Shown: one piece after another, positions 9,304 to 19,058 of the stretch
Layout of the letters: each line of letters opens with the position of its first letter
Numbering within the stretch: the first letter of the stretch is position 1
Origin: an uncultured Gemmatimonas sp.
Lineage (GTDB): Bacteria > Gemmatimonadota > Gemmatimonadetes > Gemmatimonadales > GWC2-71-9
NCBI GenBank assembly: GCA_964439025.1
Contig: CAYTMW010000009.1
Location: 35,749 to 99,748 of the forward strand
Reading direction: 5' to 3'
Length of the DNA: 64,000 nucleotides
Position numbers and translations under genes: made by a program
Notes under the pieces: model-generated
What the model saw: the letters and a program-made list of their open reading frames with translations, nothing else
Database searches by the model: none
What the model was told of the DNA's origin: nothing

Positions 9304-10302
9304 TCACCACCGGAGAGCGCAGCTCGCCCAGACAAAGCCCGATCCGAATGCCGTGAGCACCACCAGATTCCCCGGCAAAAGCCGCCCGGCCCGGACGCAC
9401 TCGTCGAGGGCGATCGGAATCGTCGCCGCGGTGGTATTTCCGTAGCGCTGGATGTTGTTGTAGGTCTGATCGTCCCGGAGCCCGAGCGTCTTCTGGATTG
9501 CCTCGGAGATCCTGAGGTTGGCCTGGTGCGCGATGAGCAGGGTGATGTCCTCCACCCCCGACCCGACTTTCGCCAACACGGTGCGCACCGATTCCGGCAT
9601 CCGGATCACGGCGTGACGGAAGACCTCTTTGCCGTCCATCGACAGCCAGCACTTTCCGTCGGCGATCTCGTTCGGCCAGTCCTCCAGACGCACCATCGCG
9701 CTCGGACCCTCCACCCAGAGTTTTTCCGCGTTGTCGCCCTGACTGTGCAGATCGAAGGCGGCAAAGCCCCGCCCTGCCTCCTCGGTCGCCCCGAGCAGGA
9801 CGGCTCCCGCGCCGTCGGCAAAGATCACCGCCGTATTGCGGCCCTCCGTCGAGAGCTCCATGCGGGTCGACTGGATTTCCTGGCCCACCACGAGGACCCG
9901 GCGGAAGGCGCCGGTCTGGATATAGGCGTCGGCGACGGACAGCGCGTACACGAATCCGGCGCACTGCATCCGGATGTCGATCGCGGGAATGGTCGCGGTG
10001 AGCCCGAGGGCGCGCTGGAGGAACACCCCATTACCGGGAGCAAAATGGTCTGGAGTGGAAGTGGCGTAGACGATCGCGTCGACACTGCCCGGCTCAAGCC
10101 CGGCCATCTCCAGCGCCTGAAGCGAGGCGTCCCGGCCGAAGCTCACGCCCGACTCCCCCGGAACGATCCAGTGCCGCTGCTGGATCCCGGTGCGGGCCCG
10201 GATCCATTCGTCCGAGGTATCCATGTAGCGCGACAGGTCGTCATTGGTGACGACCTGTGCGGGAACAGCGCGTCCGGTGCCGAGGATGACGCTGCGAGGC
10301 AT
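9304..10302 (-). CDS. fabH: Beta-ketoacyl-ACP synthase III
   Basis: 332 aa: 'TSDEWIRARTGI..R', active-site 'QCAGFVYAL', 'AHQAN.RI', 'YGNTTAATIPIAL', 'FGSGF.WA'. Confidence 0.92.
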   Translation of the reverse strand: MPRSVILGTGRAVPAQVVTNDDLSRYMDTSDEWIRARTGIQQRHWIVPGESGVSFGRDASLQALEMAGLEPGSVDAIVYATSTPDHFAPGNGVFLQRALGLTATIPAIDIRMQCAGFVYALSVADAYIQTGAFRRVLVVGQEIQSTRMELSTEGRNTAVIFADGAGAVLLGATEEAGRGFAAFDLHSQGDNAEKLWVEGPSAMVRLEDWPNEIADGKCWLSMDGKEVFRHAVIRMPESVRTVLAKVGSGVEDITLLIAHQANLRISEAIQKTLGLRDDQTYNNIQRYGNTTAATIPIALDECVRAGRLLPGNLVVLTAFGSGFVWASCALRW

Positions 10303-10309
10303 ACGGGAA

Positions 10310-10346
10310 GCTAACGGCTAACCGCTAACAGCCGTTAGCCGTTAGC
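10310..10346 (-). terminator. Hairpin built from GCTAACN heptamers (13-bp perfect stem)
   Basis: GCTAACGGCTAAC (10310-10322) is the exact reverse complement of GTTAGCCGTTAGC (10334-10346), with an 11-nt loop. Lies 2 nt downstream of the permease stop and 8 nt upstream of the fabH start. Confidence 0.4.
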
Positions 10347-10348
10347 TC

Positions 10349-11563
10349 TTACTCATACCGCAACGCGTCAATGGTATTCAACCGCGCCGCCCGCCGCGCC
10401 GGCCAGAGGCCGAAGAAAAGCCCGACCAGTGCGCTGAACAGGAACGCCACGCCGACCGCCGCCGGCGAAATGAAGGTATTCCAGCCGAGGAATTGCGACA
10501 TCGCCTTGGCGCCGGCCGCCCCCACCATGACTCCAAGCAAGCCGCCCATCATGCACAGCACCAGCGCTTCGATCAGGAACTGGAGCATGACGTTGATCTT
10601 GGTCGCGCCCAGCGCCTTGCGAATGCCGATCTCACGGGTCCGCTCGGTGACGGAGACCAGCATGATGTTCATGATGCCGATCCCGCCCACGACGAGCGAG
10701 ACCGCCGCGATGCTGCCCAGCAGCATCTTGAAGGTCTCGGTGGTCTGCTGCTGGGTGGCCAGAATGTCCTGCTGGTTCCGGATCTGGAAATCGTTGTCGC
10801 CGCCCGGGCGGATCTTGTGCTCCCGGCGCATCACCCGCTCGATGTCCACCATCCCCTGGTCCAGCGGCACCCCGTCCTTCACCTGCACCGCGATGGAGCG
10901 GAGCCGGTCGGTGCCGAACATCCGGAACCGCGCCGTGCCCAGCGGGATGAGGATCTGCTCGTCGGGGTTCTGGAAGGAGCCCGCGGCGCCCTTCTCGCTC
11001 AGGATGCCGATGACCTCGAAGGGCTGGCCCCGGATCTGGATGTTCGTGTTGATGAGCGACACGGGATGCACTCCGAGCATCGCCGGAATCGCCGAGCCGA
11101 GGACCGCGTACCGTTGCCGGGCCCCGTCATCGCCCGGGGTGAACATCCGTCCGTGCGTGATGGTGTAGTTCCTCACCTCGGGAAAATTCGAGGTGGTCCC
11201 CAGAATGTTGATGTTGAAATTCTGGTTGCCGTACTTGACCTGGAGCGACCGGTTGAGCTCCGGCTGCACCGCCGACAACAGCTGGGCATCCCGGCTGAGC
11301 GCGGTGGCGTCGTCCACGGTGAGGCTCACCCGGGTATCACTGGCGCGTCCTCCCATGAACGACTGCCCGGGATAGACGGTGAGCAGATTGGCGCCCATGG
11401 CCTTGATCCGCTCCTCGATGGCCCGCTGGGCCCCGGTGCCGAGCGCCACCACCGCGATGACCGCGCCCACCCCGATGATGATGCCGAGCATGGTGAGCCC
11501 GGCGCGCAGCTTGTTGGCCCGGATGCTGGCAAACGCGACCCGGATGGTTTCGCCGATCATCAT
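10349..11563 (-). CDS. MacB/FtsX-family ABC efflux permease
   Basis: 404 aa. N-terminus 'IRVAFASIRANKLRAGLTMLGIIIGV', large periplasmic domain, C-terminal FtsX helices 'ERTREIGIRKALGA'. Confidence 0.9.
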   Translation of the reverse strand: MMIGETIRVAFASIRANKLRAGLTMLGIIIGVGAVIAVVALGTGAQRAIEERIKAMGANLLTVYPGQSFMGGRASDTRVSLTVDDATALSRDAQLLSAVQPELNRSLQVKYGNQNFNINILGTTSNFPEVRNYTITHGRMFTPGDDGARQRYAVLGSAIPAMLGVHPVSLINTNIQIRGQPFEVIGILSEKGAAGSFQNPDEQILIPLGTARFRMFGTDRLRSIAVQVKDGVPLDQGMVDIERVMRREHKIRPGGDNDFQIRNQQDILATQQQTTETFKMLLGSIAAVSLVVGGIGIMNIMLVSVTERTREIGIRKALGATKINVMLQFLIEALVLCMMGGLLGVMVGAAGAKAMSQFLGWNTFISPAAVGVAFLFSALVGLFFGLWPARRAARLNTIDALRYE

Positions 11564-11568
11564 GGCGG

Positions 11569-13188
11569 CTACCTCCCTCCCGGCGGACGGCCCCCGCCCG
11601 CCGGCGGGGCGCCCGTGGTGCCGGTCGTGCCCGTGGTGCCGGTCGTCCCGGAGCGGGTCGTCTGTTGGCTCATCCCCGGTACTCCGCCTCCGCCGGTCAT
11701 CCGGTTCACCCGGTCCCGTGCTTCGGTCTGCTGCTGCATCAGGCTGGCGCTCGGCAGCACCAGCACCGAATCCTGGGCGGTGAGCCCGCTCACCACCTCG
11801 CTGTAATCGAGGTCGGTCAGGCCGGTGCGGATGTACACCGGCACCGGTTCGCCGTCGCGGCGGACGAAGACGATGTAGTTGCCGCCGAACTGGAAGTCAG
11901 CTCCTCCGCTTCCACCCGCGCGGCGGCCGTCCATGCCGCCCCCGCCGAAGCCTCGACCACCGCCCCCGGCGCGGAACGCCTGCATGACCTTCTGGAGCGT
12001 CGCGCTCTCTGCTTCGCTGAGCTGCCCGCCGCCGAACCGCTTCTGCATGAGGCTCCGCGCCTCCGCCTCGGTGACCCCCTCGGGCAGCGGGACCTGGCGG
12101 CCGTCGGGCGTGGTCATCGTGTTGCCGGCCGGCCGCTTCGCGATGGTGTCGACCTTGACCGTATCGGTGCGGGGCGTCCGCGCCGCGAGGGTCGTCCGCA
12201 TGGAATCGCGGTTTATCTCCGCCTCGGCGAGCAGCGTCTTGAGGCGCTCGGCGTCGATCCCGAGCACCGTGGCCGCGCTGGCCACGTCGCGCGGGGTGCG
12301 GAGCGACGCGTTCGGCACCGCGAGCACGCTGTCGCGCTGCCCGATGTGCACCTCGACGTCGGCGTTCATGCCGGGCTTGAGCAGCCCGTTCCGGTTCTCG
12401 ATCCGGACCTGCACCGCGAACATGGTGACGTTCTGTACCGTCTCGGCGAGCGGCTCGATCTTGAGCACCGTGCCCTCGAACGGCTGGTTCGGATAGGAGC
12501 CGACCGTCACGGTCGCGCGGAGCCCCGGCCGGATCTTCCCGATGTCGGTCTCGTCCACCAGGGTCCGCACCTGCACCAGGTTGAGATCGGCCATCTTGAG
12601 CAGCACGGTGCCGCCGCCGACGTCGCTGGTGGGCGAGGAGATGACCTGGCCGCGCTCGACCGACTTCGAGATGATCGTCCCGGTGATGGGGGCGAGCACG
12701 TCGGTGTCTTCCATGGCGATCCTGGCATTGTCGTTCGCCACCTGGGCGCCGACCACCGCCGCGCGCGCATTGGCCACCGCCAGCACTGCCGTCTCATGTT
12801 CCTCGGTCGAGATCGACTGGGTTTTGAAGAGCTCGTCGGAGCGCTTCCGCTGCGATTCGGCGTTCTCGAACCGCGCCTTGGCCACGTCGAGGTCGGCCTG
12901 GGTCTGGTTGAGCCGGTTCCGCGGGGTGCGACGGTCAATCCGGACCAGCAGCGTGCTGCGCTGGACGGTCTGGCCGGTCTCGACCTTCATATCGAGGATT
13001 TCGCCCGAGGCCTTCGACTTCACTTCGACGACGGTGTCGGGCTGCACCGTCCCGGACGCGCGGGCCGAGACAATGATGGAGCGCTTCTCCACCGGGACGG
13101 CCTGGAATACCACCGCCTTCGGCTTCTCCTTGCAGGCAGCCGCGAGGAGGAGGACCGCGAACGGGGCGAGTGAACGGATGCGCATCAT
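11569..13188 (-). CDS. Efflux periplasmic adaptor (HlyD/MacA-type membrane fusion lipoprotein)
   Basis: Lipobox LLAAAC. Motifs 'V...G.V.P...V.V.S...G.I', a coiled-coil hairpin and a beta-barrel region. Gly/Thr-rich C-terminal tail. Confidence 0.88.
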   Translation of the reverse strand: MMRIRSLAPFAVLLLAAACKEKPKAVVFQAVPVEKRSIIVSARASGTVQPDTVVEVKSKASGEILDMKVETGQTVQRSTLLVRIDRRTPRNRLNQTQADLDVAKARFENAESQRKRSDELFKTQSISTEEHETAVLAVANARAAVVGAQVANDNARIAMEDTDVLAPITGTIISKSVERGQVISSPTSDVGGGTVLLKMADLNLVQVRTLVDETDIGKIRPGLRATVTVGSYPNQPFEGTVLKIEPLAETVQNVTMFAVQVRIENRNGLLKPGMNADVEVHIGQRDSVLAVPNASLRTPRDVASAATVLGIDAERLKTLLAEAEINRDSMRTTLAARTPRTDTVKVDTIAKRPAGNTMTTPDGRQVPLPEGVTEAEARSLMQKRFGGGQLSEAESATLQKVMQAFRAGGGGRGFGGGGMDGRRAGGSGGADFQFGGNYIVFVRRDGEPVPVYIRTGLTDLDYSEVVSGLTAQDSVLVLPSASLMQQQTEARDRVNRMTGGGGVPGMSQQTTRSGTTGTTGTTGTTGAPPAGGGRPPGGR

Positions 13189-13937
13189 GACCTTCCGGGT
13201 GTTGGACCGTCGCTCTCGATCATGCCGTCCTTCAAGTGCACCTGGCGGCGAGCATGTTGGGCGATGTCGTGTTCGTGAGTGACGAGAATGATGGTCTGGC
13301 CGTCGGCGTAGAGCTGCTCGAACAGCGAGAGAATTTCTTCGCTGGTCTTGGAATCGAGGTTGCCGGTGGGTTCGTCGGCGAGGATGATGCTGGGATTGTT
13401 CACCAGCGCACGCGCGATGGCGACGCGCTGCCGCTGGCCGCCCGAGAGCTCGTTGGGGCGATGGGACATCCGGTCCTTGAGTCCGACGCGGTCGAGCGCT
13501 TCCTCCGCCGCCTTCCGGCGCTCCTTCGAGGAGAATCCGGCGTAGATCATTGGCAGCTCGACGTTCTGCAGCGCCGAGGCCCGCGGCAGCAGGTTGAAGG
13601 TCTGGAAGACGAAACCGATCTCGCGGTTGCGGATCCGCGCGAGTTCATCGTCACCCAGCTCCGAGACCCGGTGGCCGTTGAGCCAGTATTCCCCTTCCGA
13701 CGGCGAATCGAGGCAGCCGATCAGGTTCATCAGGGTGGACTTGCCCGACCCCGACGGCCCCATGATCGCCACGAACTCGTTGCGCCGGATGGTGAAGTCG
13801 ACCCCGCGGAGGGCGCGAACCGTTTCGCTCCCCATTACGTACTCGCGTTTCATGTTGCGGACGACGATCATGGCATCACGCGGAACGTCCGCGGGAAGCA
13901 TGGCCATCCGCTCGGCGGTGCTGGAGACAGCGGTCAC
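13185..13937 (-). CDS. MacB/LolD-type ABC transporter ATP-binding protein
   Basis: Walker [10 protein letters not shown], signature [15 protein letters not shown], Walker [12 protein letters not shown]. 4-nt overlaps with both neighbouring genes. Confidence 0.93.
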   Translation of the reverse strand: MTAVSSTAERMAMLPADVPRDAMIVVRNMKREYVMGSETVRALRGVDFTIRRNEFVAIMGPSGSGKSTLMNLIGCLDSPSEGEYWLNGHRVSELGDDELARIRNREIGFVFQTFNLLPRASALQNVELPMIYAGFSSKERRKAAEEALDRVGLKDRMSHRPNELSGGQRQRVAIARALVNNPSIILADEPTGNLDSKTSEEILSLFEQLYADGQTIILVTHEHDIAQHARRQVHLKDGMIESDGPTPGRS

Positions 13938-15241
13938 AGCGTCCTCCCGATGAGGGCCGAGATCGACGCCCGGGCGCGCACGTAGTCGAACCGCGCGGTC
14001 ACGGCGTCCACTTCGGCCTGATTGAGCGCTTCCTGCGAGGTCAGGATGTCCACGATGGTGGCCGCCCCGAGGCGATAGCGCTCCTGCTGAATCCGGAGGT
14101 CCTCCTCGGCCGCGAGGACACTGGTCTGGGTAATCGTGATCGTGAGCCGTGCCGCCTCCAGCGCGGCAATGGCAGCGCTGAGGCTGGCGAGCACCGAGCG
14201 GCGCGAGTCCGCCGCCTGCGCTTCGGCGTTCTCCAGTGCGGTTAGCGAATTCACGATGCCCTGCTCGCGCTGAAACCGGTTGAAGATCGGCCAGTTGAGG
14301 CCCAGGCTGATCGACCGCGACTGCAGAAAGGTGTAGCTGTTCCGCGAGCTGCCGTTGAGCGAGGTGGAGCCCGAGAGGTTGAGCGTCGGATAGTAGCCCG
14401 CCCGCGACACCTGGATTGCTGCGCGCGCGGCCACCGCCGACGCTTCCGCCGCCTTGACCGAGGGAGAGTTGGCGACCGCCTCCTGGCGGAGCGCGGCGCT
14501 GTCGAGGACCGGCAGCATGGCGTAGAGCGTCGAATCATCCACCGCGCCGACCGGGCCGTCCGCGCCGACGAGGCGTCCGAGATTGGCCTCGGCGGTGGCG
14601 AGCGCGCTGCGCTGGTTGATCAACTGAAGCTGGGCGTTGCCGAGCGTCACCACCGAGCGCAGCGAATCGGGGCGAATGCCCCGTCCCGCGTGCAGCTTGG
14701 CCACCGACACCTTGAGCTGCTCCTCGGCGCGGCGCACACTGGACTCCCGGACCGTGAGCAGCTGTTCCGCGGCGAGTACGTCGAAGAACTGGTTCGTCGT
14801 GGTGAGCTGCTGCTGAAACCGGGCGTTCGACAGGCTGGCATCGGCGGCATCGCGGTTGGCGCTGGCCGCCTTTTTTTCGCCGGTGCGCCGGAATCCCGCG
14901 AAGAGATCGACGTTGGTGCTCAGGGTGGCGCCGGCGCTCCCGGTCGAGGTCCCGCTGGTGGTGAACTGCCCGGTGCTGGGGTCGAGCTGCTGCCCTTCAG
15001 AAAACTGGCTGGCGCGCGAGCCGCTCAAGGTGAGACTGGGAAGAAAAGCGCCGGAGGCCGAGCGCTGGCGCGCCTGGGCGTTCCGCACCGTGCCGCCCGC
15101 AGATATGACGCTCGGCTGGACCAGATTGGCCCGCTGGATCGCCTCCCCCAGGGTGATCTTGGGGGCCTGGGCCCCGACCGGTACCGCACCCACGAGCACG
15201 CTCAAGGAGAGAAGCAGGGCGCTGCGATTACCGACGACCAT
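13934..15241 (-). CDS. TolC-family outer membrane efflux protein
   Basis: Start at [26 protein letters not shown]. Two-repeat TolC-like pattern ('L.LGEAIQRA....P', 'YYPTLNLSG', 'NWPIFNRFQ'). Confidence 0.85.
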   Translation of the reverse strand: MVVGNRSALLLSLSVLVGAVPVGAQAPKITLGEAIQRANLVQPSVISAGGTVRNAQARQRSASGAFLPSLTLSGSRASQFSEGQQLDPSTGQFTTSGTSTGSAGATLSTNVDLFAGFRRTGEKKAASANRDAADASLSNARFQQQLTTTNQFFDVLAAEQLLTVRESSVRRAEEQLKVSVAKLHAGRGIRPDSLRSVVTLGNAQLQLINQRSALATAEANLGRLVGADGPVGAVDDSTLYAMLPVLDSAALRQEAVANSPSVKAAEASAVAARAAIQVSRAGYYPTLNLSGSTSLNGSSRNSYTFLQSRSISLGLNWPIFNRFQREQGIVNSLTALENAEAQAADSRRSVLASLSAAIAALEAARLTITITQTSVLAAEEDLRIQQERYRLGAATIVDILTSQEALNQAEVDAVTARFDYVRARASISALIGRTL

Positions 15242-15623
15242 TCCGGCTCCGATCTCCCTCCGCGCGGCGGAGACTGTCCTGACGCTGCAGCGTGGTGTAC
15301 TTGGCCTGCTGCTCAGGGCTGAGCAGGGTATTGATCTGGTTGCGAATCGCCTGCCGCTCGGACTTGAATTGCGGCCGGATCGACTCCCAGAGCGAGTCCA
15401 TGGCCGGTTGGTGCCGGTCGAGCACTGCCCGCACACTGTCCTTCTGGGCGTCGCTCAGGCCGAGGTCGGCTCCGAGACGCTCGACGTAACTGGGCCGGGG
15501 ATGGTCGCCCCGGGTGCGGTGACCCTCGCGATCGGCCAGCGAGGTGGCGGCGCCTCCCACCAAGGCGCCGAGAACGAACGTCGCGATCAAAATACCGGCG
15601 GCGCCCAAGCGTGAGCGGGTCAT
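15228..15623 (-). CDS. Spy/CpxP-like periplasmic protein (two LTXXQ-type motifs)
   Basis: N-terminal TM/signal segment, then LSDAQ and LSPEQ motifs in a helical context. ATGA overlap with the upstream anti-sigma gene. Confidence 0.6.
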   Translation of the reverse strand: MTRSRLGAAGILIATFVLGALVGGAATSLADREGHRTRGDHPRPSYVERLGADLGLSDAQKDSVRAVLDRHQPAMDSLWESIRPQFKSERQAIRNQINTLLSPEQQAKYTTLQRQDSLRRAEGDRSRNGRR

Positions 15624-15973
15624 CGGGGTTCCCTCTCTCGCAGCGCGAGCATGATGTCATCGACCGCGGGGGGCAGCGCGGAGACGACCGCGTGCGCCGG
15701 AAGCGAGGACGCCATGGTGATCCCGGGATCGCTGGAACGCGCCATGTCTCCGAACCAGGCGCCGAGCCAGAGGAGGAATCCGGCGGCGATCGCGGCGGCG
15801 AGGACCCGGGGGCGAGCCCACCCGGCGAGCACATCCCACTGGTCGGCGGGGTCGGCTGCCACGGCAACCTTGAGGCGCCGCAGAAACGCTTCCGGCGCGG
15901 GACCGGTCAGCCGCTCGCGCAGCAGGCGCCCCAACTCCGGATCCGGCTGATTGTCGAACGGCGACATGGTCAT
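15620..15973 (-). CDS. Putative anti-sigma factor / membrane protein
   Basis: ATGA overlap with the ECF sigma gene. One TM segment (VLAAAIAAGFLLWLGAWF). No recognisable catalytic motif. Confidence 0.6.
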   Translation of the reverse strand: MTMSPFDNQPDPELGRLLRERLTGPAPEAFLRRLKVAVAADPADQWDVLAGWARPRVLAAAIAAGFLLWLGAWFGDMARSSDPGITMASSLPAHAVVSALPPAVDDIMLALREREPR

Positions 15974-16512
15974 TTCATTCCCTCCGCCAGCGTTCCGAGC
16001 GCCTGTCGCATGGCACGGCGCGCGTGAAATACATAGGACCGCACGGTTCCTTCGGGGACTCCCAGGGTCGCGGCGATATCCGCGTGACCCCACCCTTCTG
16101 CATCGAACAGGACCAGGGCAATGCGCTGCCGCTCCGGCAGCTCCGCGAGACCTGCATCGATCTTGATCCGCAGCAGCGCCGCCTCGGCCATGCGGTCCGG
16201 ACCGAGCCCTCCGGACTCCAGGGTTTCGGCGATCGGCTCGGCAGCCCGGACCTTGCCCCGGCGTCGGGCGTCGAGCGCCGCATTCACCACGATTCGCATG
16301 AGCCAGGGCCGGAATGGACGGGCGGGATCGAACCGGTCGATCGCCCGCCAGGCGGCCAGCATTCCTTCCTGCACCGCGTCATCCGCGTCGTCCTCGTCAC
16401 GCAGAATCGCGCGGGCCGCCCGCCGGGCGGCCAGACCGTGTCGGTCGATCAAGCTGCCGAACGCTTCGGGATCTCCGCGCACTGCCGATTGCGCGAGTTC
16501 GGCATCTTCCAC
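15970..16512 (-). CDS. ECF RNA polymerase sigma factor
   Basis: Contains 'DADDAVQEGMLAAWRAIDRFD...FRPWLMRIVVNAALD' and 'RIALVLFDAEGWGHADIAATLGVPEGTVRSYVFHAR'. Confidence 0.9.
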   Translation of the reverse strand: MEDAELAQSAVRGDPEAFGSLIDRHGLAARRAARAILRDEDDADDAVQEGMLAAWRAIDRFDPARPFRPWLMRIVVNAALDARRRGKVRAAEPIAETLESGGLGPDRMAEAALLRIKIDAGLAELPERQRIALVLFDAEGWGHADIAATLGVPEGTVRSYVFHARRAMRQALGTLAEGMK

Positions 16513-16649
16513 GTCATTACGCAGCGGGGGCTCCGGTCGTTGAGGTCGTTGATTTGTATGAAGATACGCCCTTGGGGGCAGCCTGACGAACGGGGCAGGT
16601 GGTCACGTCAGACACCGGATGATCAACACCCGGAAAGGGTCGCGCGGGA

Positions 16650-18038
16650 TCAGGGAACCTGGCCGTCGAGCCACGCCGTGAGGGCGAGCCAGAGGCTCAG
16701 GACCGCGAAGACGACGGCCATGCTGCGGGGGAAGAAAATGAAAAGCACGCCCACGATGGCAAGGGCGACACTGTAGGGAAGCAGCACGGTCCTGCGCGCA
16801 CCGCTCATGATCTGCTGCATGGCCACGACGGCGCGACCGCGCCGCTCGCGGAGGCTCGGCCGATGAATCGTCGACGCCAGTACCGGCTCGGGGGCGATCG
16901 AGTTCCTGCGGCGGCGGCCCCCGGAAAACGCGGGACCCTTGAGCCGGATCTCGGCGCTGCGCTCGGTATCCCGGCGGAACTGGGCCTCCATCCCGAGGGC
17001 CAGCGTCACGTCTTCCGCGATGATGTCGAGCTCGTAATTGGCGACGAGACTCGACAGGTTGAGGTTGCTCGAGCCCACCCGGACCCAGCGCCCATCCACG
17101 ACGATCGTCTTGGCGTGCAGCATCGCGCCTCGCCATTCGTAGATCTTGATCCCCGCCCGCAGCATGTCGAGGTATCCCATGCGGGTCCAGCTCTGCACGT
17201 GGGAGAGGTCGCTGGTGCCGGGGACGAGGAGCCGGACATCCACACCGCTTCGCGCCGCGTCGATCAGCGACCGGTAGATCCCCGGCGGCGCGACCAGATA
17301 CGCATCGGTGAGCCAGATCCGCTGCGCGGCGCCGGCGAGCAGCAGCTCGTTGGAGCGTGAGGCGCGCGCCCCTCCCGGCTCGCCGGCCACGACTCGCACC
17401 GCCGAATCGCCGCGTTCGGGCACTTCGGAGAGCAGTTCGGTTTCGTCGAGACCCTCGCCCACCAGCCGCCAGACCACGTCGAAAGCCTGGTCCATCACGG
17501 CGGCCGCCGGCCCATCGACGGCGACGGCGGTATCGCGCCAGGGCTGGCGATTCCGCGCGGTGTACCCCGACCATTCGTCGCCGATGCAGAGCCCGCCGGT
17601 GACCGCCGTCTCTCCATCCACGACGAGCAGCTTGCGATGATCGCGGGTCAGGTTCTGGCGCAGGCGGAGGAGATGCGGGGGGTTGAAGATGCGGACTGAG
17701 ACACCGGCGTCCTGGAGCCGGCGCCAGTAGCTCTTGCGGGTGCTCATCGAGCCGATCCAGTCGGTGAGCACCCGGACGGCTACGCCCGCCCTGGCGCGCT
17801 CGATCAGCGCATCGGCGAACCGCATGCCGGTCGCATCGGCGCGAATGATGTAGTTGTCGAGGTGCACCCATCGCCGGGCGGCCGCGATACGATCGAGCAT
17901 CGCGGGATAGACCTCGGGGCCGTCGAAGAGGAGGGTGACGCGATTGCCGGGAATGGGGCGGCTGCCGGCGGCGCGGTCCATGGCGCGCTCGACGACGTCC
18001 GGGGCGGCGTCCTCCGCGAGCGCCGGCTTCTGGTTCAC
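16650..18038 (-). CDS. Phospholipase D / cardiolipin synthase-like protein
   Basis: Two HKD motifs (HRKLLVVDG...GG.CIGDEW and HAKTIVVDG...GSSNLN) plus C-terminal TM helices. GTGA overlap with the upstream HD gene. Confidence 0.88.
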   Translation of the reverse strand: MNQKPALAEDAAPDVVERAMDRAAGSRPIPGNRVTLLFDGPEVYPAMLDRIAAARRWVHLDNYIIRADATGMRFADALIERARAGVAVRVLTDWIGSMSTRKSYWRRLQDAGVSVRIFNPPHLLRLRQNLTRDHRKLLVVDGETAVTGGLCIGDEWSGYTARNRQPWRDTAVAVDGPAAAVMDQAFDVVWRLVGEGLDETELLSEVPERGDSAVRVVAGEPGGARASRSNELLLAGAAQRIWLTDAYLVAPPGIYRSLIDAARSGVDVRLLVPGTSDLSHVQSWTRMGYLDMLRAGIKIYEWRGAMLHAKTIVVDGRWVRVGSSNLNLSSLVANYELDIIAEDVTLALGMEAQFRRDTERSAEIRLKGPAFSGGRRRRNSIAPEPVLASTIHRPSLRERRGRAVVAMQQIMSGARRTVLLPYSVALAIVGVLFIFFPRSMAVVFAVLSLWLALTAWLDGQVP

Positions 18039-18610
18039 GCGGAACCGAGGCCCAGGGTGCGCTCGTGCGGGCGGAGGGCGGCGATCACGAAGCCGATCAG
18101 CTCCTCGAGCGGCACGCCGAGCTCGGCGGCGCCGGTCGTCACGTCGTCGCGATTGACGCCGCGGGCGAACGCCTTGTCCTTGAGCTTCTTCTTGACGCTG
18201 GAGACTTCGAGGTCGGCGAGGCTCTTCGACGGACGCACCAGCGCGCAGGCGACCAGAAAGCCGGAGAGCTCGTCCACCCCGAAGAGGGCCTTGGCCAGGG
18301 GTGTCGTGCGCGGTATCCCGGTGTAGGCCGCGTGGCCAAGAATGGCCTGTTGCGCCTCCGGGCTCAGCCCGCGCTCCGCCAGAATTCGCACCCCCTCCGC
18401 CGGATGCTCGCGATCAGCGGCGTGATCGGCGTTGGGAAAGCGCTCGTAGTCGAAATCATGGACGAGACCGACGATGCCCCACTCCTCCGGATCGGCGCCG
18501 TAGCGCTCCGCCATCGCGCGCATGGCGATCTCGACGGCATACATGTGCTTGCGAAGCGCTTCGGAGGCGGTGTGTTGGTGCATGAGGGCGAGAGCAGTGG
18601 CGCGATCCAT
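18035..18610 (-). CDS. HD-domain phosphohydrolase
   Basis: Contains 'H..AVE.AMR..A...G...E.W...GL.HDFDYE' (H...HD signature). Confidence 0.8.
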   Translation of the reverse strand: MDRATALALMHQHTASEALRKHMYAVEIAMRAMAERYGADPEEWGIVGLVHDFDYERFPNADHAADREHPAEGVRILAERGLSPEAQQAILGHAAYTGIPRTTPLAKALFGVDELSGFLVACALVRPSKSLADLEVSSVKKKLKDKAFARGVNRDDVTTGAAELGVPLEELIGFVIAALRPHERTLGLGSA

Positions 18611-18626
18611 ATTACTCCGCTATAGG

Positions 18627-18650
18627 CTATCAGCTATCGGTCCGGCTATC
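18627..18650. repeat. Left arm of a 24-bp perfect inverted repeat (GCTATC-type heptamers)
   Basis: CTATCAGCTATCGGTCCGGCTATC is the exact reverse complement of 19035-19058. Pairing extends to 18619 / 19066 with one mismatch. Confidence 0.9.
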
Positions 18651-18688
18651 AGACGGAACCTACAAAGGAGCCCGGCTGGCGCAAGGAA

Positions 18689-19055
18689 ATGGCCGCTGTG
18701 GCGTTGGGATGGGTACCGGAGCGGTGCGCGGGGGCGAGGAAGATCTATCCGGTGACGCGGACGTTTCCATCTGATGAACGATTCGGTCTGACGATGTAAT
18801 GTCGGCGAGCCGCGGTCTCAATCATGGCGAATCTCGCAAGAAGGCTGCGGCCGCAATGGGGATAGGGAATTACGCCGCTTCGTCAACATCGCTCTCGGAT
18901 CTGCGGCGGAGTCGGACGCACATCTCACTCTCGCAAGTGATCTGGCGATGGCCCCGGCGGATCAGCTGACCCCGATTCAAGATGAGCTCGGGTCAATCCG
19001 CAGCATGCTCGCCCGCCTCGCTCAGAAGCTGTCCGATAGCCGGACCGATAGCTGA
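18689..19055 (+). pseudogene. Four-helix-bundle protein (23S rRNA intervening-sequence protein family) pseudogene
   Basis: Conceptual translation carries ..IYPVTRTFPSDERFGLTM*CRRAAVSIMANLA then, after a 1-nt shift, EGCGRNGDRELRRFVNIALGSAAESDAHLTLASDL... In-frame TAA at 18797-18799. Frameshift near 18838. Confidence 0.65.
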
Positions 19056-19058
19056 TAG
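19035..19058. repeat. Right arm of the 24-bp perfect inverted repeat; part of a GATAGCC array (19035-19078)
   Basis: GATAGCCGGACCGATAGCTGATAG. It overlaps the last codons and stop of the pseudogene. Confidence 0.9.

Noticed and set aside
11611-11646. Perfect 18-nt tandem duplication (GCCCGTGGTGCCGGTCGT x2) near the 3' end of the membrane-fusion protein gene.
   Set aside because: It is in frame and simply encodes a (TTG)4 low-complexity tail before a Gly/Pro-rich C-terminus. This is most likely slippage in a disordered linker, not a separate element.
16513-16650. ECF-type promoter upstream of the 16512 sigma gene (GTGACC...CGTTCGTC on the - strand).
   Set aside because: The spacing between the candidate -35 and -10 elements (~12 nt) does not fit the usual 16-17 nt, so there is no convincing match.
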